Virus record (IMG/VR): IMGVR_UViG_3300029993_000005
Coordinates: 1 to 64,000 of that record
Length of the DNA: 64,000 nucleotides
Reading direction: 5' to 3' (one strand)
The position numbers and the translations under genes are program-made. Below are positions 34,334-43,315 of the stretch, in pieces; position 1 is the stretch's first letter; each line of letters opens with the position of its first letter. The notes beneath the pieces are model-generated. The model did not search any database and had not been told where the DNA came from. It worked only from the letters and a program-made list of their open reading frames with translations.

Positions 34334-35557
34334 TCAGCCCTTAACGCAGAGTACTTGTTTCAGCGTAGCCTTGATTTCTACCAATTCCGATTGTGCCTCC
34401 ATAACATCATCAATATTTTTATAAGCACCTGGAATTTCGTCCAACACGCTACTATCTTTTTTGCATTCAACACCGGCTGTTTGTGTAGCAATATCGGCTA
34501 ACGAAAAACTACGTTTTGCTTGCCCGCGAGACATGACGCGACCGGCCCCATGACTGCAAGAACAATAAGCTGCTTCATGTCCCTTACCACAGACAATGAA
34601 AGAACGGGCACCCATGGATCCAGGAATGATACCCAGTTGACCTTTGTACGCACCTACAGCACCTTTGCGGGTGATCCATAGAGGGCGTCCACCAAATTCC
34701 TCTTTAGACAGAAAGTTATGATGGCAGTTTACGGCTTCGTTCACCAAAGTGAAAGGTTTAATTGTGCGCTCAACAGCGGACAAAACAAGCATCAGCATGA
34801 GGTCACGATTCAGCTTCGCGTATTCTTGGCTCCACAGCATGGCTTCAACGTACTCATCAAATAGCTCGGTGCCCTCAGCGAACCAGGAAAGATCCTTGTC
34901 TGGCAAATTGACGTGCTGCCTGTACAGCTCTTCTTTTGCCAAGTTGGTCGCGGCCTCACCCACGGTCTTGCCAACATTACGACTACCCGAATGCAACATC
35001 ACCCACACATTTTGGTTTTCATCCACGCACAACTCGATGAAATGATTGCCACCACCCAAAGTACCTAACTGCATGTTCATACGAGCTTCGTCAAAACGTT
35101 TGATACGTTTCATGATACGAATTGAGGGAAATCTAGATAACAGTTCCGCACGACGACGGCTGAGTTCCATGCCGACTAAACCTTGATGACGCAGGTGAAT
35201 ATCCCGTTGATGGTAGCTAAAACCTACAGGTACATCGCGTTCGATTTGATGACGGACACCAACCAAACTATCAGGAAGGTCAGAGGCCTTAAGTGACGTC
35301 TGTACAGCACACATGCCGCATCCGATGTCGACTCCAACAGCTGCGGGTATAACTGCCCCAGTCAGAGGTATAACGGAACCAACAGTTGCACCCATACCAA
35401 AGTGTACATCAGGCATCACCGCAACGTGTCCACCAAGAATAGGCAGGTTTGACACGTTGCGTAATTGATCAAGGGCCGTCTGTTCCACGGGCATATTGCC
35501 CGTCCACAGTTTGATTTTACCGCCAAACATTTGCTCATAAACTTCGTTCTGTTGCAT
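34334..35557 (-). CDS. rtcB: RtcB 3'-phosphate/5'-OH RNA ligase
   Basis: MPDVH.G.G, VGVDIGCGM, GTLGGGNHFIE, HSGSR, HHN, RKGA, PGSMG, SHGAGR, DEIPGAYK. Confidence 0.97.
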   Translation of the reverse strand: MQQNEVYEQMFGGKIKLWTGNMPVEQTALDQLRNVSNLPILGGHVAVMPDVHFGMGATVGSVIPLTGAVIPAAVGVDIGCGMCAVQTSLKASDLPDSLVGVRHQIERDVPVGFSYHQRDIHLRHQGLVGMELSRRRAELLSRFPSIRIMKRIKRFDEARMNMQLGTLGGGNHFIELCVDENQNVWVMLHSGSRNVGKTVGEAATNLAKEELYRQHVNLPDKDLSWFAEGTELFDEYVEAMLWSQEYAKLNRDLMLMLVLSAVERTIKPFTLVNEAVNCHHNFLSKEEFGGRPLWITRKGAVGAYKGQLGIIPGSMGARSFIVCGKGHEAAYCSCSHGAGRVMSRGQAKRSFSLADIATQTAGVECKKDSSVLDEIPGAYKNIDDVMEAQSELVEIKATLKQVLCVKG

Positions 35558-35687
35558 AATAATCCTCTATTTAGTGATCGGAGTATTTTTACTGCTAGTT
35601 TTAATTACTTAACTTGGTCTAGTGTACACCAAGTCTTTCCACTGACAGATATTTAATGTTGGAGCCTAAATTAAAGATCCGTCAGTC

Positions 35688-36182
35688 TTATTTACGATCA
35701 GGAAACAGCTTGGAATTAGTATCAATAATTAGGTCGACTGCGTCTACTGGGACTTCCATTTGCGTGCTGATTTCTTGTTTGGTTGCTTGAGAAACCCACA
35801 TAGAACGCATACGGCCTATGATTTGGTCAAAGGTTTTGCCTTGGTCTTTACCATCAATCAGATGCTGTTCTACCTTACGTGTTTCAGTCTCAATACCATA
35901 CCAATATTTTAGAAGCATGGACCGGTTGGTACTTACCCACTCAGCAACAGATGCTAAGTCCTGATGCGACATACCTTTTGGGATTTTAGTTAAGGCTTCT
36001 GGATGTGGTGCTATGGACAACGACATGTTCAGACTATTGTTTTTGAAATCTGTCGTAGCTTGTGCAACCTTAATACGCGGTACCTTTTTGTTTGATGGTG
36101 CGTCACTGATCATAACAGCCAAGGGCAGACCCGTATCATTTCTTGATAGTCTGGACATGCCGGTTATTTCATGTTTGCTCAT
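35688..36182 (-). CDS. TGLP...LLKYW family protein, copy 2
   Basis: Tandem paralogue of 36202-36708; start moved to ATG 36182. Confidence 0.85.
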   Translation of the reverse strand: MSKHEITGMSRLSRNDTGLPLAVMISDAPSNKKVPRIKVAQATTDFKNNSLNMSLSIAPHPEALTKIPKGMSHQDLASVAEWVSTNRSMLLKYWYGIETETRKVEQHLIDGKDQGKTFDQIIGRMRSMWVSQATKQEISTQMEVPVDAVDLIIDTNSKLFPDRK

Positions 36183-36201
36183 TTTATTTTCCGCACACCA
36201 G

Positions 36202-36708
36202 TTATTTACGAACAGGAAACAAAGCTCGATTTCGTTTAACGATAAGCTCAACAGCCTGAATATTTATTTTAGCTAAAGCTGCCCGGGCCTGCGGCGTCAA
36301 AGATAGGTTCCACGCAGTACGTAACAGGTCTAAGGTAGTGTCAAAGGGCACACCGTAGTCTTTGTTCGAAATAAGCAAATTCTGTACAGTAATGCTGTCC
36401 GTGGTTATACCATACCAATATTTCAGGAGTAGCGAGCGATTCGACACAACCCAATTCGCAACTTTTCTAACGTCGCTAGCTTTAAACTTTATGCCTACAG
36501 GTGGGTCCATCAATTTTTTAGGCTCAAGACTAATAGACAATGAAAAATTCGGGCCTTTGTCGACTAAGCCGTCAGTGGAGTGTGCGATCTTGACGCTAGG
36601 GTCTTTCTTATTTTGAGGTGCTGCGCGAACCATCACAGCAAGAGGCAATCCTGTATGCTGTTGGGCCAGATTCGACATACCAAATATTTCATGCTTGCTC
36701 ATTTTCAT
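36202..36708 (-). CDS. TGLP...LLKYW family protein, copy 3
   Basis: MSKHEI.GMS.L...TGLPLAVM, NRS.LLKYWYGI and LFP.RK shared with copy 2. Confidence 0.85.
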   Translation of the reverse strand: MKMSKHEIFGMSNLAQQHTGLPLAVMVRAAPQNKKDPSVKIAHSTDGLVDKGPNFSLSISLEPKKLMDPPVGIKFKASDVRKVANWVVSNRSLLLKYWYGITTDSITVQNLLISNKDYGVPFDTTLDLLRTAWNLSLTPQARAALAKINIQAVELIVKRNRALFPVRK

Positions 36709-36798
36709 TCCTTTGACTGGGACTTAGCCACTAACTATTTGACTCTATCCTATACTAAGACTTTTCCACTAGCAAGACTTTAATGTTGGCCCCAACAG

Positions 36799-36831
36799 GG
36801 GGTTGCTTTTCGTGACCTATAAAGCAACCCC
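36799..36831 (-). terminator. hairpin after the topoisomerase A gene
   Basis: ggggttgcttt / aaagcaacccc; GTTGG-CC-CCAAC palindrome adjacent at 36785-36796. Confidence 0.6.
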
Positions 36832-36839
36832 ATCCAGAT

Positions 36840-38408
36840 TTAAATAACTTTGAGCTTACGTGTATCCTTGTTGGCCTGGAACGAACGATCTTTTAGAATC
36901 GCTGCCTTTACCTCAGCCAAGTCCAGCAGGACCTTGGATCGGGGTCGTTTAAGCCATTCATCCAGTTGCTTCAAAACTAATCGCTGTTCTTTCAGCTTGA
37001 GCTTAAGTACCTCTTGATCCAGTTTTGAAAGTTGCCTGACCCTGAGTTCAAGAATCTGCTTTGCCTGATCCCCATCGATTTCTAGATTCTTGGTGAGGAA
37101 CATATCAGGGTCCTTTGCTCGCAGGGCCTTGACTATGATATCAAGTTTATCACAGGCATAAATCAAGAGTTCCGAATAAGCAATAGCTGCTCGTTGCTTA
37201 GTCTGCCTGTAGGCCAAACTCTTGCGTTCCAACTCGATACGCATTACCAGCCACTGCTTAAGCAACTCAGGTACAGACAGTGCAAGAAACTCAGTCTTGA
37301 ACGTGGTGACGCCATCCAGGATCTGGGCCTTACGTTTCGTCACATTGAGTTTGAAACTCACGCTCTTGCGGGTAGCCAGCCTAATCTTTTCCACATATTT
37401 CTCAAACTGCGTCAGATTGTACGCCGGTTTGCATTCAATGGTAAGCGTGGCTGAACCCTTCGAATTGAAGCATCGTAGAGTCTCAGGCATAGCCCGAACC
37501 TTCTCTACAAATTTCTGTAGGTTGGTGCCCGGAGGCCAGTCATTGATTATCAGTTTCTTGCGGTCTAGTTCTACTTGAAGTTCGGACTCGAACTTAACTT
37601 GGGTCTCGCTGCCGGTGAAAAGCCCCATCCACCCTTTTTTGTTCTCCGGAGTCTTGAGTAATTGACCACCCCATTTGTGCGCAAACTTCAGGGTTCGTGC
37701 ATAATCCGTTGGGGCCAGCACTTCACCTTTGAGCATGCGTTCTAGAATCAGAATTACGGAGTCCGGGGTAAAAGTAGGAATCAATGTCGTGATGCCAACG
37801 CCAATTCCTTCGCCACCATTAAGAATTACATTAGGCAATTGAGCGGGTAGTGTTACAGGCTCCACTTCTTTGTTATCGTAGTTAGGTACAAAGCTAGTGA
37901 CGGATGCATGTAGGTAATTGGGATCAAAGAATGTTTGCCCGTATGCTGATAATTGCATGTTCGTGTAGCGCATGGCCGCCGCACCATCAACCATGTTACC
38001 CCAGTTACCTTTTCCGTAGAACACAGAAGTTGGGTGGTTGACCATGGTGGTTATAGCATCGCTAATTGACTTGTCGCCATGTGGATGATATCGACCTAGT
38101 ACAACGCCTACAATACGAGCTGTCTTTTCAAACGATGAAAAAGCTTCCTTTGCCGTCCCATACATATTGCGGCGCTGTACAGGTTTAAGCCCGTCATACA
38201 TATCAGGTACAGAGCGGTCTAGATTAACAGAGATTGCATAGGTAGTCATACGACTACGACCAAAATCTCTTAACGTGGAAGATTTAATGTCATTGTCTTT
38301 TGTGGGCACCAAATCTGCAGAACTTACGGTTTTACGTGATTTCGTCGTAATTCGACGTTTGGCTATCATCTTATTCCTTGTTGATTTGGGCTGGGGCTTG
38401 AACTTCAA
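36840..38408 (-). CDS. gyrA: type IIA topoisomerase subunit A (GyrA/ParC-like, lacks the pinwheel CTD)
   Basis: DGLKPVQRR, YHPHGD, GNWG, AAAMRYT catalytic Tyr; only 522 aa. Confidence 0.92.
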   Translation of the reverse strand: MKFKPQPKSTRNKMIAKRRITTKSRKTVSSADLVPTKDNDIKSSTLRDFGRSRMTTYAISVNLDRSVPDMYDGLKPVQRRNMYGTAKEAFSSFEKTARIVGVVLGRYHPHGDKSISDAITTMVNHPTSVFYGKGNWGNMVDGAAAMRYTNMQLSAYGQTFFDPNYLHASVTSFVPNYDNKEVEPVTLPAQLPNVILNGGEGIGVGITTLIPTFTPDSVILILERMLKGEVLAPTDYARTLKFAHKWGGQLLKTPENKKGWMGLFTGSETQVKFESELQVELDRKKLIINDWPPGTNLQKFVEKVRAMPETLRCFNSKGSATLTIECKPAYNLTQFEKYVEKIRLATRKSVSFKLNVTKRKAQILDGVTTFKTEFLALSVPELLKQWLVMRIELERKSLAYRQTKQRAAIAYSELLIYACDKLDIIVKALRAKDPDMFLTKNLEIDGDQAKQILELRVRQLSKLDQEVLKLKLKEQRLVLKQLDEWLKRPRSKVLLDLAEVKAAILKDRSFQANKDTRKLKVI

Positions 38409-38421
38409 TCAGTCAGCAGAC

Positions 38422-41400
38422 TTAGCCCTCGCTATCACAGTTTCCACCCGTAGCATTTGCGGGCAAGCCTAACATGTCCCTGCGATAAGCTACGTCTTCA
38501 TTCATGAGTCTGACAAAATCAACGTGGTCCTCGGACTCAAGAGCCTTGATTTTTATCAGGGATCTAGTAGCTGGATCCATAGCCATGATACGCATCAAGT
38601 CTACATCAATCTCACCGTACCCTTTAACGTGATTTATTAGCGTTGATGATGGGGCTTTAATTTTCTTGAGCTTAACCTGAACTTGACTTAAGGTCTCACC
38701 GCACACTAATTGGTCCTTATGAATAGCATAAAACTCAGGGCTGTTAGCCACGTAGATCAAACCTCGGGTGAACAGGTCCGGCAGATACTTATAAAACAGA
38801 GATAGGAGCAAAGAGTTGATGTGACAATTGCTGGACACGACTCCTGACGGCAGGACGAACGAATGATAGCGTGGGACTGTCAAACAATAGACGGGCACCG
38901 GCTCTTTCAGTTCTTGAACTCTAAGCTTGGATACCGCTTGGTAACCCAATCCACTTTCTTTGTCTGTTAAAGCCTGGTCTTTCAGATGATTGTTTGAGGG
39001 ACACCACACACGATCACCGACCTTCATATCCTTGGACTTAACGTACACAAGTTTTTCATGCTCTGGATGTGGTTCAGTATCACGACCATACATTGCTCGG
39101 GTTACTACACACACCCATTTATGATTTTCATCAACTCTGAATTTCGAACGTCCGATTTCAAAAGCCATTAGTCGGTCTACGTTTTTGACCAATTGCGCGG
39201 TTGCTGGTGCCCAGATTTCTTTTCCGTGGTGCCATACAGGCACCTCAAACACTAGTTGTTCTGCAGTGTTTCCCCGTTCCTGAGTTAAAGAACTATTAGC
39301 GAGGCCTCTAATAGTTGCCGTATGCTCAGTCCAAACAAAGTCCTCTGATTTTGACTGGCTGCGGGCCATACTCCTGACCCGAATTTGAGTGTCGCCAATA
39401 AATGGGCCATCTGGATCCGGGTCAGCCAAACAGATGATTTTGCCAACCGTGAGTTTTGCACAAGGGTCTACGGCCTTTGCGTCATATCCAATAGCTGCCA
39501 GAATATTAACAATTTCTTCACTTTCCAGTGTTGTACCTTTTTTATCCTTTTTTAGTGCATTTTTGACTTTGCCTTTTAATGGCAGTACAGCCTGGTAGGG
39601 GAACCTGGCCTCTTTGGCCGAGCCGCCTGCCGATTCCCCTTCTACGATAAAGAGTTCACGATCCGCAACTTTGGTACGCATATCAAATGAAGCATATTTG
39701 GCGGGCAGTCCATTGCGCTTCACAGCATTCAACGTGGCTGCTGCCTTTTTCGACATCGTGAATTTGGTCTTCAACTCATTGAGCTTAGTCGCTCTTTCAC
39801 ATAAGCGTGAAGCCAATGCTTTATTAGCCTTGAAGAATTCTATGGTGGCTACCGTTAATTTCTTTTGAAATTCAGGACCCATGCGCTCATCGCTAAGTTT
39901 TACCTTATCCTGGGAATTGAACTTGGCTTTATGCAATTTTGCGTTGACTAGGCCAACCAAGCCTTCTTTGAAATCCGATTCACGGAAAGGCAGAATTACT
40001 TTTCCTTTGACCGTTCGGGTCTTGATATGGGGCTTTAAACCCGCGTATAGGGCGCTGACAACGCTATCAACGTGCTTGCCACCCTGGCTATTGGGTAGCC
40101 CGTTGGTGAACCCCCTGAGATCACATCCATCGTAATTGGAGAACGACACAACTACGTCTGCTGCATTCGGATCACCGGGTTCTGATTTATACTCGAAATA
40201 TTTTGATTCGGCACCAACTTTAAACTTGTCTAAGCGTGCTTGAACATACTCAGCGACACCTGTCTTTGACAAGAACTGACGCTTGCCCCTGGGGGTGGAA
40301 ATAATGATGGCGAAACCTGGATTGAAATAAGCCATGATTTCAGCCCATTCAAGTGCTAGTGCCCCAGGGAACTTGTTGGTCGAGAAAATTGAAGCATCGG
40401 GCTTGAAATGAATAACCGTACCCTTCTTGACCAGTGTGCCGTCCGGACCTTTCGGAGCCTTACATTTTGCAACGGGGGATGTTAGCTTACCTTTCTTGAA
40501 ACCTACCGAGTACCATTGGTTCTCGTAGAAAGTATGAACATCAAAGAATTCGGCGGTAGCATTAGTTCCTTTAGCGCCAATACCATGAGTATTTGATACC
40601 AGCACTCCGGGTTCAATAAAATAAGTATGTTGGTTGTCAACAGTCATGCCGTAAACAGGCACGGGTTCTGTTGTGTGGAAAGTTTCCACACTAATGACCG
40701 TGAGCTCACTGTGCGTATACGGCGTGATCAGCATTTGTCCAGGTTCCAACTGTTGGGCCTGAACTTTCAACGTCCAGTAATCAGTGCGAACGTAGTACGG
40801 ATGGTCGGGAGTATTCTCAATAACCGAACCATCGCTTAGGGTTACGCGCACCAATTCATCAACGTATTTGGTTAGTTGTACATGTGATATGAAAGACTGT
40901 GCCTGGACATCATTATCAACGTCCCAAGCAACGATAGGAATTGGTTCTTTATTCGTGGTCCAACGTTCGTATAGTTCTTTGAAGGCTACGGTGTTTCCTT
41001 TAGCTATTCTGACTTGTGTTGAACCAACAAAGCAACCAATCGACACCTCGTAGGCTTCGCTATCATACTTACCTGACGTGTGCAAGGCACCAAAAGCCGC
41101 CTGCATCGTGTCCATTTTGTTGACGACATCCTTGCCATTCACATGAATGTGAGTTTTGGTCACGCCTTGAGGGATGCCGTGGCCCCTATCCAGTACCCAA
41201 AAACTACCGTCGCTATCTACGTGCAACAATACTGCATCGTTACGACCGGCCAGCCCTTCGTCCAACCCGTTGTCCATAAGCTCACGTACAACTAACCACA
41301 ATCCCGACGAATCAGTACCCCCAATGTATTGACTTGCGTTTTTGCGAATAGTGTCAGGCCAAACAAGAGTTTCAATATTTTTACTGGTGTAGGCTGCTAC

Positions 41401-41445
41401 TTTCTTTAACGCTGGATTTGCTTTTGTATTTGGTGTAAGGGCCAT
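38422..41445 (-). CDS. gyrB: type IIA topoisomerase subunit B (GyrB/ParE-like) with two inteins; 666 aa after splicing
   Basis: ELMDNGLDE, D.GHGIP, SIG|THGIG, VEGESAGG, PLKGK, DPDPDG|CHI, KGYGE. Confidence 0.95.
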   Translation of the reverse strand: MALTPNTKANPALKKVAAYTSKNIETLVWPDTIRKNASQYIGGTDSSGLWLVVRELMDNGLDEGLAGRNDAVLLHVDSDGSFWVLDRGHGIPQGVTKTHIHVNGKDVVNKMDTMQAAFGALHTSGKYDSEAYEVSIGCFVGSTQVRIAKGNTVAFKELYERWTTNKEPIPIVAWDVDNDVQAQSFISHVQLTKYVDELVRVTLSDGSVIENTPDHPYYVRTDYWTLKVQAQQLEPGQMLITPYTHSELTVISVETFHTTEPVPVYGMTVDNQHTYFIEPGVLVSNTHGIGAKGTNATAEFFDVHTFYENQWYSVGFKKGKLTSPVAKCKAPKGPDGTLVKKGTVIHFKPDASIFSTNKFPGALALEWAEIMAYFNPGFAIIISTPRGKRQFLSKTGVAEYVQARLDKFKVGAESKYFEYKSEPGDPNAADVVVSFSNYDGCDLRGFTNGLPNSQGGKHVDSVVSALYAGLKPHIKTRTVKGKVILPFRESDFKEGLVGLVNAKLHKAKFNSQDKVKLSDERMGPEFQKKLTVATIEFFKANKALASRLCERATKLNELKTKFTMSKKAAATLNAVKRNGLPAKYASFDMRTKVADRELFIVEGESAGGSAKEARFPYQAVLPLKGKVKNALKKDKKGTTLESEEIVNILAAIGYDAKAVDPCAKLTVGKIICLADPDPDGPFIGDTQIRVRSMARSQSKSEDFVWTEHTATIRGLANSSLTQERGNTAEQLVFEVPVWHHGKEIWAPATAQLVKNVDRLMAFEIGRSKFRVDENHKWVCVVTRAMYGRDTEPHPEHEKLVYVKSKDMKVGDRVWCPSNNHLKDQALTDKESGLGYQAVSKLRVQELKEPVPVYCLTVPRYHSFVLPSGVVSSNCHINSLLLSLFYKYLPDLFTRGLIYVANSPEFYAIHKDQLVCGETLSQVQVKLKKIKAPSSTLINHVKGYGEIDVDLMRIMAMDPATRSLIKIKALESEDHVDFVRLMNEDVAYRRDMLGLPANATGGNCDSEG
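38827..39405 (-). mobile_element. mini-intein 2 (193 aa), Pro-start, class-3-like, in the TOPRIM DxDG motif
   Basis: PFIGDT...NHKW (B12 Trp)...VYCLTV (F4 Cys)...GVVSSN|C; removal restores DPDG-CHINSLLL. Confidence 0.9.
40591..41034 (-). mobile_element. mini-intein 1 (148 aa), class 1, in the GHKL ATP lid
   Basis: CFVGST...TPDHPY...VYGMTV...GVLVSN|T; removal restores SIG-THGIG. Confidence 0.92.
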
Positions 41446-41458
41446 GGTCTTTATTAAG

Positions 41459-42070
41459 TTAGGCAGCGATTACGAAACGATAGGTAAATGGTGTAATTGC
41501 TTTCTCTAGTTTGGATTCGAAAGCTATAAATTGAGTATGAACGTCTCTAGCGGTTGGTCCCCACAAGTCAAGAACGTTATCCACTAGTACTCCAACTCTG
41601 TGTCCTGCATCAGTTTGATGTGCAAGTCGGTCTCCCCAGAAATACATACCATTAGCATCCGATGATAGTCTTAGACTCGAACACACGTAATTACCAGTTT
41701 TCAACAGCTCACGAATAAACCAATCATTGGGGCTAGTGGGTCCTCCCAGATCAGCAATGAGTTCCCGCCATACTTCTACCTGAATGGCTATTCTAGGTAG
41801 CACGGTATTACGCAAGACCAGCATGTGGACTAACCAACGTATCTCTGGATCGCAATAGGGTTCTTCCGTCGAGTGTATCAAATAGACTTCGTTGTGGGCT
41901 AAACTGAATTCCTCGAACTTGTTCCCGTTAAAATAGTTGGTGCTCAACAATTTATAGTCTTTACGGAAACGCTGGAGCTCAGCTGCATTAAACGCAAGAT
42001 GACCTTCGGCATTAGCCTTACCTAGACCCAAGTCGAGTAGATATGCAGCAGACGCAACATCGCAGCCCAT
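41459..42070 (-). CDS. hypothetical protein
   Basis: 203-aa ORF. Confidence 0.7.
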   Translation of the reverse strand: MGCDVASAAYLLDLGLGKANAEGHLAFNAAELQRFRKDYKLLSTNYFNGNKFEEFSLAHNEVYLIHSTEEPYCDPEIRWLVHMLVLRNTVLPRIAIQVEVWRELIADLGGPTSPNDWFIRELLKTGNYVCSSLRLSSDANGMYFWGDRLAHQTDAGHRVGVLVDNVLDLWGPTARDVHTQFIAFESKLEKAITPFTYRFVIAA

Positions 42071-42088
42071 GTTAGGTTCTCCTGTCTA

Positions 42089-42919
42089 TCAGTCAGCAGT
42101 GTTGTCGAAATTATGCTCGTCTTTGTCCAAGACCGACATCAAGGCATTCAGCATAGGCCTAACACTCGATACCTGGCTATAGAGACAGCGCGTCGTATGC
42201 AGCGGTGTAAAATTACCACCTTGGCTGATCTCAATCGCAGTATCAATGTACTTGGTCCCGAACTGCAGGGTAATTCTCGTGAATCCAAGCTTAAGCTGGA
42301 TCTTGGGTAGCGGTTTAGGTTCTTCTTCCAAGACCACGATGGGTAGCTTCTGGCTATCATACCAGTACTCTACATTTAATTTACAACGACCACGACTTTC
42401 GCTGTAGTCAAAGGTCGAACTGTAGCCCCAACGCTGAAAGAACGCACGCAGCTTTTCCTCCATTTGGGGCACCCAGCGCTTGGCCTTGTCCAACACTTCC
42501 GGTTTCAGGGTCTCGAACTTCATTGTTCGGTTCCCAATCGAGGCTTTAAAAAATTCTTTACTGTTCCAGGCGGTCCCCACCTTGTCTAAGAACGGATCCA
42601 GAATTTCGTCTTTGAACGAAACCTCGGTACCTCGCAGTTTATGCTTGTTGGCCAACAACTTTACCGCTGGCATAAAGTTAATGTGGATACGTGTCAAGGG
42701 TAGTCCAATTTCCTTGAGCGCGGTGTACGACTCAGCATCGGCAGGCAAGTACCACTGCTTGATACGCGTAAGCCTGACTGGCTGCTTTTTGTGTCCAGTC
42801 TTTGACGCTGGCTGGACGCTAGGCTCCGACGTGTCGTCGCTATCGTCAGCGTCGAGGTCAGTATCTAAGGAATTGGGGGCTTGGGATGGAGCTTTCGTAA
42901 CTCCAGATGGGATATTCAC
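42089..42919 (-). CDS. hypothetical protein
   Basis: 276-aa coupled ORF. Confidence 0.75.
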   Translation of the reverse strand: MNIPSGVTKAPSQAPNSLDTDLDADDSDDTSEPSVQPASKTGHKKQPVRLTRIKQWYLPADAESYTALKEIGLPLTRIHINFMPAVKLLANKHKLRGTEVSFKDEILDPFLDKVGTAWNSKEFFKASIGNRTMKFETLKPEVLDKAKRWVPQMEEKLRAFFQRWGYSSTFDYSESRGRCKLNVEYWYDSQKLPIVVLEEEPKPLPKIQLKLGFTRITLQFGTKYIDTAIEISQGGNFTPLHTTRCLYSQVSSVRPMLNALMSVLDKDEHNFDNTAD

Positions 42920-43227
42920 TCGGGCGTCTCCGGTGTTGTCTCAATAGCTGAATAGAAGCGTTCTTTGAAGGCCTCTGTTTGGGTCACAACAAAGGCTAAG
43001 ATACGAGCCTCACTTACAGCATCACGTGCATTACGCGCTTTCTTTATTTGTTCGGCCAAACGATAGGCCTTACCCACAACAACGATCTGAACTTCTTTAG
43101 CTGGACAGTAAGGATTGCCTTTTGTGTGATGGCACGAACTCCACTTTTTAGACTCAGCAGGGTCAAGGTGTCCACATTTCTTGCAATTTACTGAATACAG
43201 CGCGAGGTGATCTCTAGTGTCCACCAT
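42916..43227 (-). CDS. Zn-finger-like hypothetical
   Basis: CKKC...CH...YCP. Confidence 0.75.
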   Translation of the reverse strand: MVDTRDHLALYSVNCKKCGHLDPAESKKWSSCHHTKGNPYCPAKEVQIVVVGKAYRLAEQIKKARNARDAVSEARILAFVVTQTEAFKERFYSAIETTPETPE

Positions 43228-43315
43228 TACCCCTACTTTAAGTATAACAAATGAAGATAGGGCTAGGATCTACAAAAAGACCCCAACCCTAAGTTTACTC
43301 TAAAATGGCAACAAA

